Made by a program: the position numbers and the translations under genes. The notes beneath the pieces were generated by a model. It saw nothing but the letters and a program-made list of their open reading frames with translations, did no database searches and was not told where the DNA came from. From the IMG/VR virus record IMGVR_UViG_3300027821_000008, positions 1 to 60,898 of that record: 60,898 nt of DNA; one strand, 5' to 3'. This document shows, one piece after another, positions 18,616 to 27,877 of the stretch (the stretch's first letter is position 1; every line of letters starts with the position of its first letter). Source of the DNA: a virus. Taxonomy: Duplodnaviria > Caudoviricetes.

Positions 18616-18775
18616 ATATCCTTTTGCGGGCCTTCTCGGCTACAGCCAATGCTTTCTTCCATGCGGCGGCGTCGTTAAGCTCCCACGCTGCATCAAGATA
18701 CATCTCAATGTCACGCTCGGTAACGAGGTACTTCCAGCCCTCAAATAATGTCTGATCAGTCGCCGCATTCATCAT
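18605..18775 (-). CDS. 56 aa protein resembling the N-terminal domain of HI1420-family addiction-module antitoxins
   Basis: Read directly: MMNAATDQTLFEGWKYLVTERDIEMYLDAAWELNDAAAWKKALAVAEKARKRIYGE; F..xxYL..E.DI..YL.AA.E..D......AL....AR pattern; no HTH. Confidence 0.55.
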   Translation of the reverse strand: MMNAATDQTLFEGWKYLVTERDIEMYLDAAWELNDAAAWKKALAVAEKARKRIYGE

Positions 18776-18932
18776 CGAATATATCCCTCACCCTTCCACG
18801 TATCCCATGCATTGCCATTTCCATAGCAACGGATCGGTAATACAGCATTGGGAATTCTTTGCACATCCCAATATAATGCCCGTGCTCGTCATCCCTTACT
18901 ACGGAAAAAGTATATAGGCTCAAATCAATCAT
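18756..18932 (-). CDS. 58 aa HicB-like N-terminal domain protein
   Basis: AGGAGG RBS; MIDLSLYTFSVVRDDEHGHYIGMCKEFPMLYYRSVAMEMAMHGIRGRVRDIFDDECGD. Confidence 0.6.
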   Translation of the reverse strand: MIDLSLYTFSVVRDDEHGHYIGMCKEFPMLYYRSVAMEMAMHGIRGRVRDIFDDECGD

Positions 18933-18947
18933 ACTTCCTCCTAAAAT

Positions 18948-19021
18948 TGGTGTCAGTTTTTTGGTTGTGCGGAAACTAACTAAAACCGCACCGGCTCATG
19001 TTGTTGAGGCCAAGGAGCCGG
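18948..19021 (-). ncRNA. hairpin plus H-type pseudoknot (candidate)
   Basis: CCGGCUC/GAGCCGG; S1 UGCGG/CCGCA; S2 GUUAGUUU/AAACUGAC. Confidence 0.4.
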
Positions 19022-19041
19022 AAGAACTCAGCCGTGATTCA

Positions 19042-19266
19042 TTATGAGTCAGGATTCTTTTTCCACTTTGATTGTGGCGTCCCTGCATTCTTATGGTCAG
19101 TCACATACCAGCCATTGCCTTTTAGCGCAAACCCACTGGATGTTAATTGTTTCTGAAGCTCTGGCTTGGCGCATGTGGGGCAGATTACCAGCGCATCTTC
19201 TGACATTTTCTGCAACTTTTCAATCACATCACCGCAAGCTGCGCACTTGTAGACATAGATGGGCAT
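19042..19266 (-). CDS. FmdB-family zinc-ribbon protein
   Basis: MPIYVYKCAACG...CPTC...FALKGNGWYVTD. Confidence 0.9.
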   Translation of the reverse strand: MPIYVYKCAACGDVIEKLQKMSEDALVICPTCAKPELQKQLTSSGFALKGNGWYVTDHKNAGTPQSKWKKNPDS

Positions 19267-19285
19267 AATTGCATCCTAAAAGTAT

Positions 19286-19362
19286 TGGCGGTCACCTACG
19301 GCATCGAACCGCAATCCTGACAGCTTTGGAGGCTGGCGCTTTTCCGATTAAGCTAAATGACC
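19286..19362 (-). tRNA. tRNA-Trp (CCA)
   Basis: GGTCATT/GGTGACC acceptor stem, CTCCAAA anticodon loop, GTTCGAT T loop, G discriminator and encoded CCA end. Confidence 0.85.
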
Positions 19363-19371
19363 TATGAGGCG

Positions 19372-19400
19372 ATTATGCCATAACAAAATGCTCGTGTCAA
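19372..19400 (-). promoter_or_regulatory. sigma70 promoter for the tRNA cassette
   Basis: TTGACA-17 nt-CATAAT. Confidence 0.7.
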
Positions 19401-19413
19401 GCGATTTGTTGCA

Positions 19414-19890
19414 TTATAGTGAGTCGAATTGCTGGAAGTTGTTACTGCGAATGATTGCCATTAGGAGATCGGCGTAGCCAGGATTCGTGCTATAACCTGC
19501 CGCTTGGATGGCTGCCGCGAATTGGGCCGCATCGCCCTTGACTGCAAGAGCCTTGGCGTAGCGCGGATTGACGACGAAGAAATTGGCGTGATCAGCAAGC
19601 GAGGCAGCATACGAATCATAGCATCTCCAGTTGGCGTCCACCGTAACAATGTGACCATTCACGTACTCTTTGGTTGGCATTGCAAGAATCTTGCCGGTCC
19701 ATGACGACGTAGCCTTGATTCCGAACACGTTCTTAGCCTGTATTGCCAATTGACTTGTGAGCCATGAGCTTTCAACGGCTGCCTGGGCCAGGGTAATTGA
19801 TGCCTTGATTCCGCTGTCATGCATTGACTGGATTGCACCATCCTTCAGCGCATTCATGAAATTAAGTTTCTTTGTGTCGACGATTGACAT
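19414..19890 (-). CDS. endolysin, GH73 glucosaminidase (FlgJ-like)
   Basis: AQAAVESSW, NVFGIKA and GYSTNPGYA. Confidence 0.88.
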   Translation of the reverse strand: MSIVDTKKLNFMNALKDGAIQSMHDSGIKASITLAQAAVESSWLTSQLAIQAKNVFGIKATSSWTGKILAMPTKEYVNGHIVTVDANWRCYDSYAASLADHANFFVVNPRYAKALAVKGDAAQFAAAIQAAGYSTNPGYADLLMAIIRSNNFQQFDSL

Positions 19891-19941
19891 ATATTCCCCA
19901 GATATGATACGATTGACAGATGACTAAACAAGGAGCCACAA

Positions 19942-20154
19942 ATGAGCACAGTAATTGCAGTTAATGTTGCAGGCGAGCCACAAAAGCGCACAAAAATTAG
20001 CTTCGAGCACCCGCTATCCAAATCGGAAGTTGCGGAGATTCTTGGCGTTCTTGCTAAAAACTATGGATCGGATCAGGCAATTGCAACAGTATCAATTGAT
20101 GACGGCACGAGCCACTCAACAAAATACTATGGGCTAAATGGAGCTTCCAGGTAA
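19942..20154 (+). CDS. hypothetical protein (isolated opposite-strand gene)
   Basis: AAGGAG RBS. Confidence 0.55.
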   Translation: MSTVIAVNVAGEPQKRTKISFEHPLSKSEVAEILGVLAKNYGSDQAIATVSIDDGTSHSTKYYGLNGASR

Positions 20155-20439
20155 TTATTTGTGCGAGAAGTAGCCGATTACGAAGTGATTGATTGCTATG
20201 GCAACACCAACCACTGGGGCTATGTATTTTACGATGACGTTGATTGTCTTCGCCATTACGTGCAATGTCTGTACCCCAACCTTATACTGATCAACAATTA
20301 ACTCGATCTCGGTAAAGTTTTTCTCGATTTTCTCAAGCACAATCATCTGATGAGCAGCCCTGTCCTCAAGCGACTTGATTCGCTCATCTCTTTCTTGCGA
20401 CCGCGTTGTGCGGCGTTGCTTATTTTCTTGGGTTGACAT
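20155..20439 (-). CDS. coiled-coil protein with C-terminal TM (holin/antiholin-like)
   Basis: Upstream of the endolysin; C-terminal hydrophobic helix. Confidence 0.5.
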   Translation of the reverse strand: MSTQENKQRRTTRSQERDERIKSLEDRAAHQMIVLEKIEKNFTEIELIVDQYKVGVQTLHVMAKTINVIVKYIAPVVGVAIAINHFVIGYFSHK

Positions 20440-20494
20440 GGTGGGTGAGTGGGTTTGGTGGCGCGCATTTCTGCGCGCCGTAACTCATTGATTA

Positions 20495-22615
20495 TCAGGT
20501 ATATTCAGTGATCGTGTTAAGCGACATGGTACCGGCTGTGACCTGGATATAGTATGCGCCGCCTGGCATAACTGGGAATGTCGGGTAGAATGTCATGCCA
20601 GCCGCAACAGTGATGCGGCTTGCAACCGCTACGTATCCAGACGTGGTGTTGCCTGTAGACAAAAATACAGAGAATGTTGTGTTGGCTGCCGCAGCGCTCA
20701 TTTCAATCTGAACAATTATTGGCGCGCCAGTCGTGTTATAGTACCACGTATTTACGGCCCTCGATCCTGTCACTGTATTTGGATTTGCTCCAGCCATACC
20801 CACCACAGCGAGATTGCTTGCCCCAAACCCAGCACTAGAAACGCTTGTTGGGGAGTCAAATGTTCCTGCTGTTGTTTGAGTAACTGCAATCGCGCCAACA
20901 ACGGCAACCGGAGTGTTTGCTGCACTCGATGACCCGTAAATTGAGTTATTGCTGTTAGATGATCCAGAGACGGCCGTGACAGTCTGTGTGTTTATTTCTG
21001 CAACACCGGTAAGCGAATTCATTACGCAAAGAATTGGCGAGCCAGCATTATACGCCACCAAAACCGATATATTTGAAGTTCTGCCCGATCCGGACTGCAT
21101 CCCAAGCGTTGCTCCAGATGGAACAGTTATGGTTAGATTGCTTGGAATATAAACAGGAACAATTGCGCCAGACGTCTGCGTTGCGCTTCTGAAATTGATC
21201 GTGCATCCTGCCAATAAAGTTACAACAAGCGATCCAGAGGATGCAACTGCTGTAATTTGCGCGCCAGAATATCCAGCAAACGATGGAGAGTTAATCGCAG
21301 ACTGACTTGAGTTCTGCAAAATAAATGCAGCATAATTCGACGAGTACACGGCAGAACACATTGAGTTTGCGGATATCATACCGGCAGCCAATGCCTGGCC
21401 GTTTTCCTGAATAATGTTTGTTGCCGTCAATCCATTTACAGAAAGTGTTGCTGCGCCAGTATTGGCATTTGCTGCCCTGAAATTAACTGTAATTCCATCG
21501 GTGTATGCAGTAATTGCCGGGGCAAGCGTAGCGGTTATTGCATTTGCCGTGCCTGCTGCAACAACGTAGTTTGCCGCTCCGCGCTGAATTTGACCGACGG
21601 TTGCCACGTGAGACGACTGCGTGCCGTCTGTGGTCTGAACCCTGCCGCCAAATGCAAGCAAAAGCACGACTTTGTCAATGGATTGAACATATTGAAGTAT
21701 ACAAAAGCAACCGGCGGTGATGCTGCCGGCCTTGAGCGCAAGCGTGTCTGATCCAACAAGTGCCTTTGCGCCGAGGCCGGCCATATTGATGGTTGATGCG
21801 CCAGTATTGGCGTTGGTGGCAATCATGTTGTAGCGAGCGCCATCCACGTATGCAGTTGGCGCGATTGCCTGCGTAAATACATACGCGTTAGCAGTGCCGG
21901 TATCAGTTGCAAAGCCGCCACCCAAAGACTGAACTTGGCCGAATGTAACAGCCTGTGTCTGTGACGTTGCCGCAGCAATATTCAGCGGTCCGCCGGCACA
22001 ATTCACAACGATAAACTTATTGATTGATGCTGCGTAAATAGCCTCAACGTAACCATTGACCGCGATAATTTGACCTGCAACAGATGGCGTTGATAGGTCA
22101 TTGCCAACCAGTGGCGTGGCCGCAGTTGTGCCAACAGTCAATGTTGGCGATGCAGCGCTGGTGTGCGCAGCCTTAAAGAATACGCGGAAACCATCCAGAA
22201 GGGACGTGATCTGTGGGAGCGGGTTAATTACGTATGAGGCTCCGCTTGCGCCGGTATCCAAGGCGTAATTCAATTGACCCTGTTGCGCTGCCGGAGTCTG
22301 AATGAGCGAGTTAAGATACCCTGCGGTTGCAGCGTTAAACGCATTATCTCCGACAAGCCATGCGACTGCTGTTGTGCCTTCTTGGCCGCGAATAATTGTT
22401 ATAACATCTCCAGCGACTGCCGTTACCTGAACTTGCTCAACGACAAGCCCGGTAGCCGCGTCTGTAAGCGTTAGCGGAAACATGTATCCTGATGGAATTG
22501 CAGGGATTGCCGCACCGGTGCCAGCGCTGATGGTGGCAGTGGTAGCCACTGCGCTTAGCGGGGCAGCCAGCTTGGTTGTATAACGGTTGTTATATAGTGC
22601 GATTAGTGCGGCCAT
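20495..22615 (-). CDS. tail fibre protein 2
   Basis: Ala/Thr/Gly-rich with repeated ~110 aa modules; N-terminus paralogous to 23001..24593. Confidence 0.8.
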   Translation of the reverse strand: MAALIALYNNRYTTKLAAPLSAVATTATISAGTGAAIPAIPSGYMFPLTLTDAATGLVVEQVQVTAVAGDVITIIRGQEGTTAVAWLVGDNAFNAATAGYLNSLIQTPAAQQGQLNYALDTGASGASYVINPLPQITSLLDGFRVFFKAAHTSAASPTLTVGTTAATPLVGNDLSTPSVAGQIIAVNGYVEAIYAASINKFIVVNCAGGPLNIAAATSQTQAVTFGQVQSLGGGFATDTGTANAYVFTQAIAPTAYVDGARYNMIATNANTGASTINMAGLGAKALVGSDTLALKAGSITAGCFCILQYVQSIDKVVLLLAFGGRVQTTDGTQSSHVATVGQIQRGAANYVVAAGTANAITATLAPAITAYTDGITVNFRAANANTGAATLSVNGLTATNIIQENGQALAAGMISANSMCSAVYSSNYAAFILQNSSQSAINSPSFAGYSGAQITAVASSGSLVVTLLAGCTINFRSATQTSGAIVPVYIPSNLTITVPSGATLGMQSGSGRTSNISVLVAYNAGSPILCVMNSLTGVAEINTQTVTAVSGSSNSNNSIYGSSSAANTPVAVVGAIAVTQTTAGTFDSPTSVSSAGFGASNLAVVGMAGANPNTVTGSRAVNTWYYNTTGAPIIVQIEMSAAAANTTFSVFLSTGNTTSGYVAVASRITVAAGMTFYPTFPVMPGGAYYIQVTAGTMSLNTITEYT

Positions 22616-22629
22616 GTTGTTTTCCTAAA

Positions 22630-22983
22630 TTAACTTTTGACTGGCTTTGCCGGGAGGGCAAGCGCATCTGTCCATACCATGGTATTTACAATAACTCTAA
22701 GGGCAGCCCTGTATTCTTTGATTGCAGGATCAAGTGCAGCGCCATCTTCCATGGCTTTGACAACGTGAAAGTCGGTGTCAGACAGGGCCAGCCTGGCTTT
22801 TGCTATAAGATCAGCGAGCCTAAGCTCTGATGGCACAGGCGGATTCTGATGTGCGGCAACCTCTTCATCAGTCATCTCCACTACGCCATCAGGCAAAAAC
22901 CTCTTCCCGCCATCGTCGATTTGCTTTTGGCTTAGCGCATATACATTGCCACCAACACCTTTAAAGTGAATCATAGTTTCCAT
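22630..22983 (-). CDS. tail fibre assembly chaperone
   Basis: LSDTDF...YRAALR..P.KP pattern; lies between the fibres. Confidence 0.65.
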   Translation of the reverse strand: METMIHFKGVGGNVYALSQKQIDDGGKRFLPDGVVEMTDEEVAAHQNPPVPSELRLADLIAKARLALSDTDFHVVKAMEDGAALDPAIKEYRAALRVIVNTMVWTDALALPAKPVKS

Positions 22984-23000
22984 TTTTTACCTCAAAAAAG

Positions 23001-24593
23001 TTAATAGCACTCGAGCCAGCCAGTCAAACCGCTAACGACTACCTTGTAAAAGTTTCTAGCCGGAACGGTGAATAGGTAAGACGGGCCTGGAATGGTAACG
23101 CTAACAGCCGTCGGCGGAGTATTCAAATCCATGTTGATTTGGGCGTTTCCAGAGCCGGATATTGCAACCTGAATTGCTCTGTGGTTTGAGTTGTAGTAGA
23201 CCGTTCCAGACGAGCGAGAGACCGTTGTCCACACTCCGCCAGCAGATGCCTCTCCGCCGGAAGACTCTATTACCCAATATGTCGCGCTTGCTGCTGTGGT
23301 TTTTACTAGCGTATATGTGCAATACTGAATAAGTTGATATGACTGAACAAACGTACCATCGTAGTTTGCAATTGGAAGCGCAGCTCCGCCATTAACTGAT
23401 ACCGTTGCCCCAGCATTAACGTTTGTTGATGCAACAAATGTGACACGCATCCCATTTGGCTGAGATGTTGGCGCAGGCGATAGAGTTAGAGTTACTGCGC
23501 CAGCAGTTCCGCCACACACAGCGTAGTTAGGTGCGCCAGACTGCATGCTCGCTATATCAAGCACGCTTTGAGCGTTAATCTGCGCAAGCGTTGCATTTTG
23601 CGTGCTTAGCGTTGCTGGTATGCCATAGGATGGCATGCCAGTAGCAGACTGTAAAATAAATTTATTAATTGCGGCAGAATAAATCACAGTTACATAGCTG
23701 CCAACCGCGATCGCTTGACCAGATGCAAGCGCAACTCCATCCGTTGATACGATTGGCAGCGCGGCAGCAGACCCAACTTGCAATGTTGGCGATGCGCCGT
23801 TTGCATTAACAGACTTAAATCTGAAGACTGCGCCATCGGCGTATGACGTCACCGCCGGCACAGGGCTAAGAGTGTACGCGGTTGACGAGCCAGATGCCAC
23901 TGCATAGTTTGTGGCGCCGCCCTGAACCGCACCAAGAGATGCCGCATACGTTGCAGACGTGCCGCTCGGGGCTATGATTGGCGAATTCTCTGCCCACAAA
24001 ACAACAAACCTAGAGAATGATTGGCTATATGCCACGCGAACGCGAGACCCGGCAACTATCATGCCAGCAACAAGCGGATTTCCGCCAAGATCATAGACTG
24101 GCTTCGACGCGGCAGACCCGACCGTAATTGTTGGCGATGCCGCGTTTGTATTTGCAGCTATAAAGTCAAACGACATCCCATTGGATATCGCGGTAATTGT
24201 TGGTTGCGGATTGATAATGTAGTTCGACGCAGTGCCAGTGTCAACGGCATAACTGAATTGCATTGACTGAATTTGACTTCCTTGGGCGACGCCAGCAGCC
24301 ATTGCCGCGGTCCACGACTGGTAAATTTTGTCGCCAGCCAGCCATGACTTGCCAGTGCTGCCCTCTTGTGCGCGAATTACCGTCAGGTTGTCGCCAGAAA
24401 CGGCAGTAACGACAACCTCTTCGAATAGGGTTTGCGACGCAGCATCGGTGATAATTACCGTAAATACGGCTCCGCCGGTAAGCGCAGGTATCAACGACCC
24501 GGTGCCAGCGGCAACAGGTATTGTTGTGGCAGACGAGGATACGCCAGATGCCAATGTTGTACTGAACTGATTTTTAAATGTCTGAATGCTCAT
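23001..24593 (-). CDS. tail fibre protein 1
   Basis: Follows the baseplate genes; repeated modules. Confidence 0.8.
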   Translation of the reverse strand: MSIQTFKNQFSTTLASGVSSSATTIPVAAGTGSLIPALTGGAVFTVIITDAASQTLFEEVVVTAVSGDNLTVIRAQEGSTGKSWLAGDKIYQSWTAAMAAGVAQGSQIQSMQFSYAVDTGTASNYIINPQPTITAISNGMSFDFIAANTNAASPTITVGSAASKPVYDLGGNPLVAGMIVAGSRVRVAYSQSFSRFVVLWAENSPIIAPSGTSATYAASLGAVQGGATNYAVASGSSTAYTLSPVPAVTSYADGAVFRFKSVNANGASPTLQVGSAAALPIVSTDGVALASGQAIAVGSYVTVIYSAAINKFILQSATGMPSYGIPATLSTQNATLAQINAQSVLDIASMQSGAPNYAVCGGTAGAVTLTLSPAPTSQPNGMRVTFVASTNVNAGATVSVNGGAALPIANYDGTFVQSYQLIQYCTYTLVKTTAASATYWVIESSGGEASAGGVWTTVSRSSGTVYYNSNHRAIQVAISGSGNAQINMDLNTPPTAVSVTIPGPSYLFTVPARNFYKVVVSGLTGWLECY

Positions 24594-24604
24594 GTTTTAC
24601 CCAG

Positions 24605-25327
24605 TTATCTAATCACAACATTATACACAAACCCGCTCGGCATGTCAAGTATTCCCTGATCAATTGCAGCTTTTAATGCAACGCCGAATGTGGTTAGCAA
24701 ATTACCCGACCCACCAACGCTTTGTCCCATCACAAGGTTTGTATTGACAGGCTGATACCCAAGTAGCATTGGATTGAATGTTTGGTGTGGAGATGTTACA
24801 TTTAATACAATTTGAACTGTTGTTGAATTAACAAACCCAACAGACACCACATATCCAGCCCAAGAATTCAGCGCAACGCCATTTTGTCCAAATAAAAATT
24901 GCAGACATTTTCTTTTTAGATTGGCAATTGTATAGACTGGGCCATCTTGTCTGAGGGTTTGCCATGTCAGTACGCGCTTATACTCGTCATCCGTGAATGC
25001 ACGAGAAAATGCAGGCTGTGATATTGGCGAGCCGATACCAGATGTTATGCCGAGTGGGGAGTTGCCGCCTATGCCCTGCGTCTGAAATCCGCCATCAACT
25101 GATCCAGCCAAAAACAAATTTGGCCTTGCTATATTATACAGTCCATTTCCGACTAAGTCAAGCAGAGACCCGGAGATAATTGTGCCGGGATGATATGGAA
25201 GATTTATTGCATTAAAGAAATCCAAGTAATCCTGCTGCGTCAGATTTATTGACGCGAACAGGGCTTGAATATCGGCATCATCTGCATACTGATTATATGC
25301 CCTAGAGGGTATAACTTTGGAAAGCAT
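24605..25327 (-). CDS. baseplate wedge protein (DUF2612-like)
   Basis: LLDLVG..LYNIARP and TDDEYKRVL; follows baseplate J. Confidence 0.7.
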   Translation of the reverse strand: MLSKVIPSRAYNQYADDADIQALFASINLTQQDYLDFFNAINLPYHPGTIISGSLLDLVGNGLYNIARPNLFLAGSVDGGFQTQGIGGNSPLGITSGIGSPISQPAFSRAFTDDEYKRVLTWQTLRQDGPVYTIANLKRKCLQFLFGQNGVALNSWAGYVVSVGFVNSTTVQIVLNVTSPHQTFNPMLLGYQPVNTNLVMGQSVGGSGNLLTTFGVALKAAIDQGILDMPSGFVYNVVIR

Positions 25328-25328
25328 A

Positions 25329-26771
25329 TTAGCCTCTCAGAACAGTTATGTTCGAGCCTGTTGTCGATGTGTACAAATAGCCCTGACTATCTGCCAGATA
25401 GGTTATTGGCGCGGACGGATTAAATGGCGCCGTGATGCCATCAAAGCTAACCGCAATGCTCATGTTCGAGAACTGCGTTGGGCTAAGCAAGCTTGGGCTT
25501 GCGTTCAGCGCCGCATTGGCTATATCGTTTGTTGTGAACGAATTGCCGGCAGGTATTGAATTTATAAAGCTTGCGATTGCAGTTTGAATATTTTGTTGCA
25601 ATTGGCTGGCGCTGGCGAATGCAGGAACCAGCGTATTCCATGTCACGGTTGCAGACACAAGCTGCGGGATCGGCTGAATATAATTAACAGAATATGTATC
25701 TGGGTAGTCAACAACGCCAACCGTTGTATTGCGCGGATTGCTCTGTAAAAATGCGTTGCCCGATACGTTGCCAGAATAAGATGAAAGCGTTGCGTTTGTA
25801 ATAACGGTAAATTGATCAACAACTGACAGAACAGTGTATGTAACGCCGTCAAGAGATGTGAATGGCGACAGGGTCTCTCCGGTCACCACCAGAGTCGATC
25901 CGGGCGAGAAGTGATGCGCCAGGGAAAACTTCATTTGAACGTTTGTGGTGCCAGTAACCTGAACAAGATTATTTACGCTAATACCGAGCAGTGGCGCAAA
26001 GAATCCAGAGTTGTATATTGCGCCAGCAATCAGTGCCGGATCGCCACCGGCCACCATTATTCCTGCGCCGGCAGGCAATTGCAATACGCGAATTGTTCTA
26101 TTTACAACGCCAGGAATTGACGCTATTTGCGACCTTATGACAGATGGGGCGCTTCCAACAGGAGCTGCATTTGCAGTTACGATGCGATTGCGATAGTCGT
26201 TTGGCAACTCTGTGCCAGTGCCAGCTGCGCCGGGCAGCGGATTGTTGACCGTGATAGTATATAGCGGGGGCTGTGCGCTTACAACCGTGGTGACGGTATT
26301 GGCCGCAACCGTTATTCCCGTGGCAGACGATGCTATGCAATAAACGGGCGTCGTGACACCGCCAGACGATGTGACGGAAGCGTGCTGCGTAACGAATTGA
26401 TTTGTGCCATCAGACACAATAAATCCAGCCGGTATTACCGAGTTAGCTGGAGCAGAAAAAACAACGTTGACAGATGAGTTTGCCGCCGCGCCCACGACGC
26501 CAAGCGGCCCAAGCACAACCTGGCCTATTTGATTAAGAACGGCCATGTTTGCAGTTCTTGGGCTAATTGAGTTAATTAGCTCAGTTGCAGCAGAATCAGA
26601 TACCAGGCATTGCGCAACGCCAGTTTCAACCACGTCGGCAATCAGAGAGCCGGGAAGGTTTGTTGTCAGGCCAGGCGATAGCGCTGTCGCATTTGTGATA
26701 ACCGTGTTGTACATATCTGACGGCTGAGCGCTAACCCTGCCTTGATTCGAGATAACGACGGAGACTGTCAT
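25329..26771 (-). CDS. baseplate J-like protein
   Basis: LPGSLIAD, VIPAGFIVSDG and E..NDYRNRI. Confidence 0.85.
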   Translation of the reverse strand: MTVSVVISNQGRVSAQPSDMYNTVITNATALSPGLTTNLPGSLIADVVETGVAQCLVSDSAATELINSISPRTANMAVLNQIGQVVLGPLGVVGAAANSSVNVVFSAPANSVIPAGFIVSDGTNQFVTQHASVTSSGGVTTPVYCIASSATGITVAANTVTTVVSAQPPLYTITVNNPLPGAAGTGTELPNDYRNRIVTANAAPVGSAPSVIRSQIASIPGVVNRTIRVLQLPAGAGIMVAGGDPALIAGAIYNSGFFAPLLGISVNNLVQVTGTTNVQMKFSLAHHFSPGSTLVVTGETLSPFTSLDGVTYTVLSVVDQFTVITNATLSSYSGNVSGNAFLQSNPRNTTVGVVDYPDTYSVNYIQPIPQLVSATVTWNTLVPAFASASQLQQNIQTAIASFINSIPAGNSFTTNDIANAALNASPSLLSPTQFSNMSIAVSFDGITAPFNPSAPITYLADSQGYLYTSTTGSNITVLRG

Positions 26772-26792
26772 GTTATATGTCCTGTGCGATTA

Positions 26793-27137
26793 TTAGGCAG
26801 CGATACTCAATACTATGGTCGATCCATTATTCTTTACAATGGAGACAGAGTACACTGGATTGTTAGGATCGGTGCGCTGAATTGAAAGCGCCGCGAATTT
26901 TCCTGCAAATTGCTTCTGTAGCTGCGCAACGTAGAAGTCGGGGAAGAACTGATGAACCAGCGCGGCCCTGGCCGGGATGCCGGTTTTTGCAAAAAATGGA
27001 GACTCGCCAAGCTCCAACTTAAGGCACTGTATGAGGGTCGTTACCCACACGTTACTGTTGTCCCCGTTGACGTCAGTGTCAACCTCAATCCACTTTACGG
27101 AGCCATCTGGCTGAATTGCTCTGCCGTATGTTCTCAT
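26793..27137 (-). CDS. baseplate protein (sheath initiator-like)
   Basis: LKLELGESPFF..GIP; between spike and J. Confidence 0.65.
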   Translation of the reverse strand: MRTYGRAIQPDGSVKWIEVDTDVNGDNSNVWVTTLIQCLKLELGESPFFAKTGIPARAALVHQFFPDFYVAQLQKQFAGKFAALSIQRTDPNNPVYSVSIVKNNGSTIVLSIAA

Positions 27138-27147
27138 TTAAAATTCC

Positions 27148-27861
27148 TTATGGGGCAATATTCGAGCCAGAGAAGGGAGATGTCGGTGCGCCAGTATTGC
27201 CGCCCTGCGGGTCCACGTGAACGTGAGTATTTAGCCATGTCACAAGTGCGCTCCAGGCCGCGTTCATTCCAGAAACAGACGTGCTATGAGCGCCATCAGA
27301 GAATGAGCTGTTTGCCCCTGATATTGACCACCCAGAAGGGGTCAATGACATTGTTGTTCCGCCGCAAGTTGCCTGTATTGTAGACGGGCCTGTCATGACG
27401 ATTGAAGTTGGCGTAAGCGTAAACACGGAACCGCTTCCGCTGTCTCGAAGCACAACGCCACCAGGGCCATACACAGTAACAGATGTTGGGTCAACCGCAC
27501 TCCATGCCGTGTTTGCTATTGGCAAGAATACAAGAGATGATAGGTTGGTGATGCCAGAGTCGGTTGGCACATCGGTGCCAAGTCCGGACTGCTTTGCAAT
27601 GCTTACATCCATTGGAACGACCACGCCCAAATCACCATGTTTGATTGGGTAGCGAATATATTCTGGGCCGAATAGGGGGATTGTTACGTTGGGCAAATTG
27701 TAACTTGTTGTTACATCGAATGCAACGGTAATTATTGCGCCAGAAACGGACACTACGTGACATGGAAGGGCGCGTGACTGCTTTGCAATTGCGTCGGTCG
27801 CCCTTGCGATTGCCACGTCATTTAGGCTGGTGCCCAAATTCCTTTTTAATGCAGTTGACAT
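27148..27861 (-). CDS. baseplate central spike
   Basis: OB-like N-terminus, beta repeats and C-terminal HxH (THVH). Confidence 0.8.
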   Translation of the reverse strand: MSTALKRNLGTSLNDVAIARATDAIAKQSRALPCHVVSVSGAIITVAFDVTTSYNLPNVTIPLFGPEYIRYPIKHGDLGVVVPMDVSIAKQSGLGTDVPTDSGITNLSSLVFLPIANTAWSAVDPTSVTVYGPGGVVLRDSGSGSVFTLTPTSIVMTGPSTIQATCGGTTMSLTPSGWSISGANSSFSDGAHSTSVSGMNAAWSALVTWLNTHVHVDPQGGNTGAPTSPFSGSNIAP

Positions 27862-27877
27862 GCCTTCTCCGGGATTA

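Noticed and set aside
19286-19362. tRNA as sign of stop-codon recoding
   Set aside because: The anticodon is standard CCA, and TGA/TAG end genes normally with intact long ORFs
20495-24593. Diversity-generating retroelement or fibre invertase system
   Set aside because: No reverse transcriptase, recombinase or near-identical template repeat observed
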